NCBI GenBank assembly: GCA_965235115.1
Contig: OZ249439.1
Location: 33,666,001-33,730,000 of the forward strand
From: Laetmonice hystrix
Taxonomy: Eukaryota
DNA: 64,000 bases
Reading direction: 5' to 3'
The notes below the pieces were generated by a model. The model did not search any database. It was not told where the DNA came from and saw only the letters and a program-made list of their open reading frames with translations. The stretch's first letter is position 1. Each line of letters begins with the position of its first letter. This document shows positions 59,458-64,000 of the stretch, piece after piece. Both the position numbers and the translations under genes were made by a program.

Positions 59458-60340
59458 AACTCATGAGGCCCTAGTGTTTAAGGTCCCGCAACCTAAACTG
59501 GAAAAATTTAAGAGAAACCCGCTATATAGAGGTGCCATAGCCTGGAATGACCTAACTGTAAGCATACGAAACATCCCAACATACAACCAGTTTAAGTACT
59601 ATCAGAAGAACTGTATGCTGAGCTCAACCCTTTTCCCAGTTGATGAATGAACTTACTGTTGCGGTGTACATTGTTCGGCCCTGTGTAACACTTATGTCGC
59701 TCCAATTGTATGATAGCGTCTTGAGATAGCAGCTAAAATGTGCATGAGCATGTGTATGGCCCAGAGTTTACGACTGTAGGCCTACTGTGATATATTGCAC
59801 GGCATGTATAATAATAACTCACGATTGAGTTTCTCACGTTGGTAACTGAACTCATTTGTGCTGTCTCTCATACGTATCTATGTTTATATTACTTTTAAAG
59901 GAATGCTTGATATTAGGGTTTCAGCTGTCTGTACATGTGCTTCTTACCTTTAAGCTTCTTTCCAACCCAAAATTGAACCCAATAGGTTGTTCAGAATAGA
60001 GAATTCAATATTAGAAAGAGGTGTGCTCTATAGAAGGCACAAATATTCGAGTAGACCGCCATTTTTGCCACGCCCACCGTGTTAACCAATCAAAAAAGAC
60101 CGGGATTCCAGGCCTAATGACGTCAGTAAGTCGAACCACAGCCATGCCGCCATTCATTCAGGGGTACAACTTGGTATAAACAAGACGCGTGTACAGGCCT
60201 CCTATACAACTTTACAAGTCGTTTGGACTTTAGTCCAAGTTTTAAAAGTACTGAAGACTAGTGGAGTCGAGACAGGAAGAGTTTTGTGATAGTGTGTAGG
60301 CCGACAGACGAGGTTATAGCAGCGACTGTCGACTTTCAGC

Positions 60341-63300
60341 ATGCCAGGTTGTGTGGCAGTCGGCTGCACTCAATCTGAAAAGACTGAACGTGCGCCCGGA
60401 GAAGAAAGGCTATCCTTTCACGGGTTCCCCCTTCGGGACAAGCAACTTTTGCAGAAATGGCTGAGAAATATGGACAGAAAGGACTTTTTGCCGACACAGT
60501 CATCGAGGATTTGCCCGGATCATTTTCTTCCCAGTTGTTTTGAGGAGGACCTTTACGCAAAGTATATGCCCGCGGAACAACTACTAGGCCAAGGGTCCCG
60601 TTTACGGAGGCGGAACCTGAAAGTTGGAGCGGTGCCAACAGAGTTTGCGCACAGAAAGTCTGAAGAACCCAAACAAGCCTCACTTGACCGTGACGAGAGA
60701 AGGAGAAGAAGAGCCATCATGAAAGAGGTGGGTGTTAACTAATGCCAGCTTTTAACTTTGTGCAGGTGCAGGGCCTTGACCTCTATTATCGCTCATGTCA
60801 ATCGGCAGTCGCCCAGTGCCAGGGGTCTCGGTCGAAATCGGCCGCCGCTCGAAATCGGCCGCCCGTAATAACCGACGGACGATCAGGCGTAGCACGCGGG
60901 GGCTCCGCTGGCGGAGCCGCCTGCGGGACTAAACTATCACTAACCCTAGGCCAAACCTTAACCTTAACCCGACTAACACTAACCCTAGGCCGAACCTAAA
61001 CCTTAACCCGACTAACACTAACCCTAGGCCAAACCTAAACCTTAACCCGACTAACACTAACCCTAGGACCTTAGTCTAGGCCCTGGGCGAGTACGACGGC
61101 CGCCCGTAACTTCCGCGCGGCCGATTTCGAGCGGCGGCCGATTTCGATATACACCGTGCCAGGTGGGCAGACAAGGAGCCTCGACCGTTCGGGTTAGGCC
61201 TGTGTTTGTGTGGCTGATCAAATAAGCAAGGCCGCCCGCAAGGCCTATGTTGTAGCTTATCTTCACCCGTTTACTTGGTCCACTCCATGTCTTGGGTTAG
61301 AAGTTAGAGTTAGTCCTACTATATATGTCTAGACTATAACGTTAGTATTATAGGGCCTATTTCCTGTCTATAGATCTACCAGTCTATTTAGTACGGTATA
61401 GTGAATTACTATACCGTCCATAGTTCCATACCCAGGGTATTTGGTCAAAGCTTCCGGTTGCTAACACGTCTGGGTCAAAGTGTCCGGCGGGATAGTCAAA
61501 GTGTCCGCCGGGGTAGTCAAAGGGTACGCTAAGCATCTCGAACTAACGTACTTGGGGTCAGTGTTCAAAAAATAAGAGGCATATTCAAACGTGATTGCCA
61601 AGGGCGAGGTCACTTACCGGTATGACAGGCCAACCAACCGGCCACTTTGCCCAACCTCAGCGGAGACTATAGCTCTTTTTTTTTTTCTTTTTTTTTTTAA
61701 AAATAACTATACTGTCCACAGATTACGTAACACTGTTTTTGCCTATTTTAAAGACCTCCCCCCCCCCCTAGCGGCGGATCCAGGGTTTTGCAACTGGGGG
61801 GGGGGGGGGCTTCTTGAAGTATGTCAGCTGTTCTATCATCTATGTTTTATGTTCTATGTTCTAAAGGCTGAAACACCTGGTGCTGAAATGATGCCTGAGT
61901 CCCCCCTTGAAACAGAAATTGAAGAAAACCATGAACCTGCAGAATCCGAGGTCAGTGTACTGGTAAATAACAAGCATCATAAAGTAATTTTCTTGAACCT
62001 TTAGTATGAGAAAAATATTTCGCCAGTGAGAGTTTGACATTTGCAGCCTTCTCAATAACCGTTTTCCCCATCTACTGACTGCCGGCAACTTTTTCAAAAT
62101 AAAAAAATAATCATATCTTGCATATTTGAGTGCACACAATTCTGTTCTGTACGATCTGCTAGCAGCTGCATGGCCACCTCACTGACTTCATCCTGTACTT
62201 TTTTCTTACTGAAAGCCCTGCATTTGCATAAACAGTGCTATAATCCTTCAGGCACAGACAGAGAGAACACCGCAGAGAGAGCAAACGCCACAGAAAGAGA
62301 CACTGAAGAATCTGTCTGTGTATAGTGTAGTGGCGACACCTCGACGGACAGCTAGTGACCTCAGCTACGATCTGCAGAGAGAGCAAACACCACAGAAACA
62401 ACAGACACCAAAGAAGGATCTCTCTTTGTATAGTGTAGTTGCGACACCTCGACGGACAGCTAGAGACCACAGCTATGCGAAGAGCAGATGGATCTCTCGT
62501 GGGGTGCAGACCGAGAGACTGACAGTGCCTTCCCCTGAGCATCATTCACCTCCTGAGGCAGCGGAAGCACACATCACCAGTAGCAGCAGTGAAGTGGAAA
62601 GTGGGGAATCCGCAGAATACGTACCACTAAGCTCTTCAACAGAAGAAGAAACACAAACTGATAGCGATCAAGAGACAAACAACCCATGTGAAATGAAGAA
62701 ATTCATTGTATTTGCTGAGAACTTGGACAGCCTCCACAAGTTCTGCAACCAGTGTGGTGCACCAGTCGTGGAGAAAACCAGCAGAACGACTGGTTCAATG
62801 ATAACTTACAAAGTGATGTGTCATGCAGGGCACAATTATACATGGAGGTCACAGCCCATTGAACGAGCGCAGCCAGCAGGCAACCTGTTAGTATCAGCAG
62901 CCATACTAACCACTGGCAACACATTTGGGAAGATCAAAGCCTTTGCAGATGCCTTAAATCTGCAGCTGTTTTCCCGGACAATATATGAAAAAATTCAGAA
63001 GTCAACATTACTACCAGTTATACAAGAGGACTGGGAAAAAGAAAGGGAAGCGGCAGTGGAAGAAATCAAGACCAAGGCATCAGTTGTTCTGGGTGGCGAT
63101 GGGCGTTGCGATACCCCTGGACATTGTGCCAAATATGGCACATACAGTCTGATGAGCGTCGATGGGAGTGGCAGCCAGGGCACCAGAAAGATTGTCATGA
63201 TGAAACTTGTGCAGGTTTCAGAGTAGACCCTCTATGTTGGAACAATTATTCACTTACTGTTTGCACACATTACAATTTGCATAATAATTCAGGGTAAAAT

Positions 63301-64000
63301 GTAATATGCACACCTTTTATGCAGAATTATGAAGGTCATTCACAGTGAATCCCATTCCATATTCACTTCCCACTTTATATTTACAAACAAAGTTTCTTTT
63401 TTCAAGGTGAAAAACTCCAACCATATGGAACCAGAGGGGCTGAAACGATGTTTGGATGCAGTCCTCGAAAGTGGTGTCAATGTGGACATTCTGGCAACAG
63501 ATCGCCATCTCATGGTTGGTAGCATGATGAAGAAAGATTACCCCGAGGTTTGTTGTTACCGAATCTTATTACAGGGTTATTATCTGTCTCAATAACCATC
63601 AACGTCTTTCCTGACATTAATGTCAAAACCATATTGTAATAGACACTGTGTCACCATGGGTTTAACATACGATGTTTGAATATTGGTTTCGTTCCTAATA
63701 GATTAAAATTTCGTGGGTTTTATTTCTTAATTTTTTTATTTCGAACCTTTTTTATTTTTGCGGATTTGTATAATTTGCGTGGGTTATCACCAGAAACGCC
63801 CTTTTTTTCAACATTGCCCGTTACGGAACCCCATTGTTTTGTACTTCCAGGTGGAACATCAGTATGACGTTTGGCATCTGTCTAAAAGCGTCATGAAGCA
63901 ACTTAGTGCAAAAGCAAAGACCAAGGGGTGTGAAGAGTTAGGAAAGTGGATCCAAAGTATATGTAATCATCTGTGGTGGTGTTGTGCAACGTGCAATGGT
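60341..64000 (+). CDS. THAP-Kolobok transposase gene, spliced and incomplete: exons 60341-60727, 61867-61950, 62252-63223, 63407-63547, 63851-end
   Basis: THAP motifs MPGCVAVGC, SFHGFP, W, RICPDHF, AVPT. Kolobok-type core GDGRCDTPGHCAKYGTY, MEPEGL, ATDRH, HQYDVWH, NHLWWC. GT-AG phases are consistent except the donor after 63223, which reads TAG rather than GT. Confidence 0.82.
60823..61156. mobile_element. MITE in the Kolobok intron, 6-bp TSD, telomere-like centre
   Basis: TCGAAATCGGCCGCCGCTCGAAATCGGCCG arms are inverted at both ends. TGCCAG at 60817-60822 and 61157-61162. Three CTAACCCTAGG..AACCT.AACCTTAACCCG units at about 60938-61066. Confidence 0.7.

Larger units (their letters stand above)
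42832..59650 (+). mobile_element. LINE copy B (CR1/L2 group), same three-ORF layout as copy A, expanded by about 10.8 kb of nested insertions
   Basis: ORF1 42832-43767 + 49457-49875; esterase 49951-50580; ORF2 51597-53698 + 58561-59187 + 59458-59650. The RT frame rejoins across each of its insertions. Confidence 0.85.
51597..59650 (+). pseudogene. LINE B ORF2 (APE + RT), frameshifted and split by three insertions
   Basis: HLNTRS, ISETWL, GGGVA, YRPP, GDFN, CLDLIL, SDH, RPVSLL, QSGFR, FIDLSKAFDTV, GVPQGSVL, HADDTVVF|KSG, YKYLGITLD, C-terminal YRGAIAWNDL; stop at 59648-59650. Confidence 0.92.

Noticed and set aside
59895-59910. Left terminus of the final Kolobok element (TTAA-AGGAATGC)
   Set aside because: Plausible, but the right end is outside the window, so it cannot be paired.

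Overview
This is eukaryotic (invertebrate-like) genomic DNA made up almost entirely of transposable elements nested up to three levels deep. I found no intact host gene, rRNA, true tRNA or CRISPR array. From left to right: (1) an intact CACTA/EnSpm-type transposase ORF; (2) a 22.9-kb ISL2EU-type (PIF/Harbinger-related) element at 6078-28939, with an AT target-site duplication (TSD), an intact spliced SAP-SWIM-YqaJ nuclease gene and a convergent THAP-HTH-DDE transposase gene broken by a hAT-like element (7-bp TSD) and an apparently intact Sola1 element (4-bp TSD); (3) a tRNA-derived SINE and the 3' half of a Gypsy LTR element with a tandem array; (4) two divergent CR1/L2-group LINEs (about 33.9-39.7 kb and 42.8-59.7 kb); (5) a RecQ-helicase remnant, probably Academ-derived; (6) a spliced THAP-Kolobok transposase gene running off the end. 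The most notable signal is that both LINEs have three ORFs: an ORF1 (coiled coil + RRM-like domain) fused at its C-terminus to a NADAR (YbiA-like, ADP-ribose-processing) domain, then a stand-alone SGNH esterase ORF, then the APE-RT ORF2. I do not know of NADAR being described as a LINE ORF1 domain. All family assignments come from reading motifs by eye; no database search was run.
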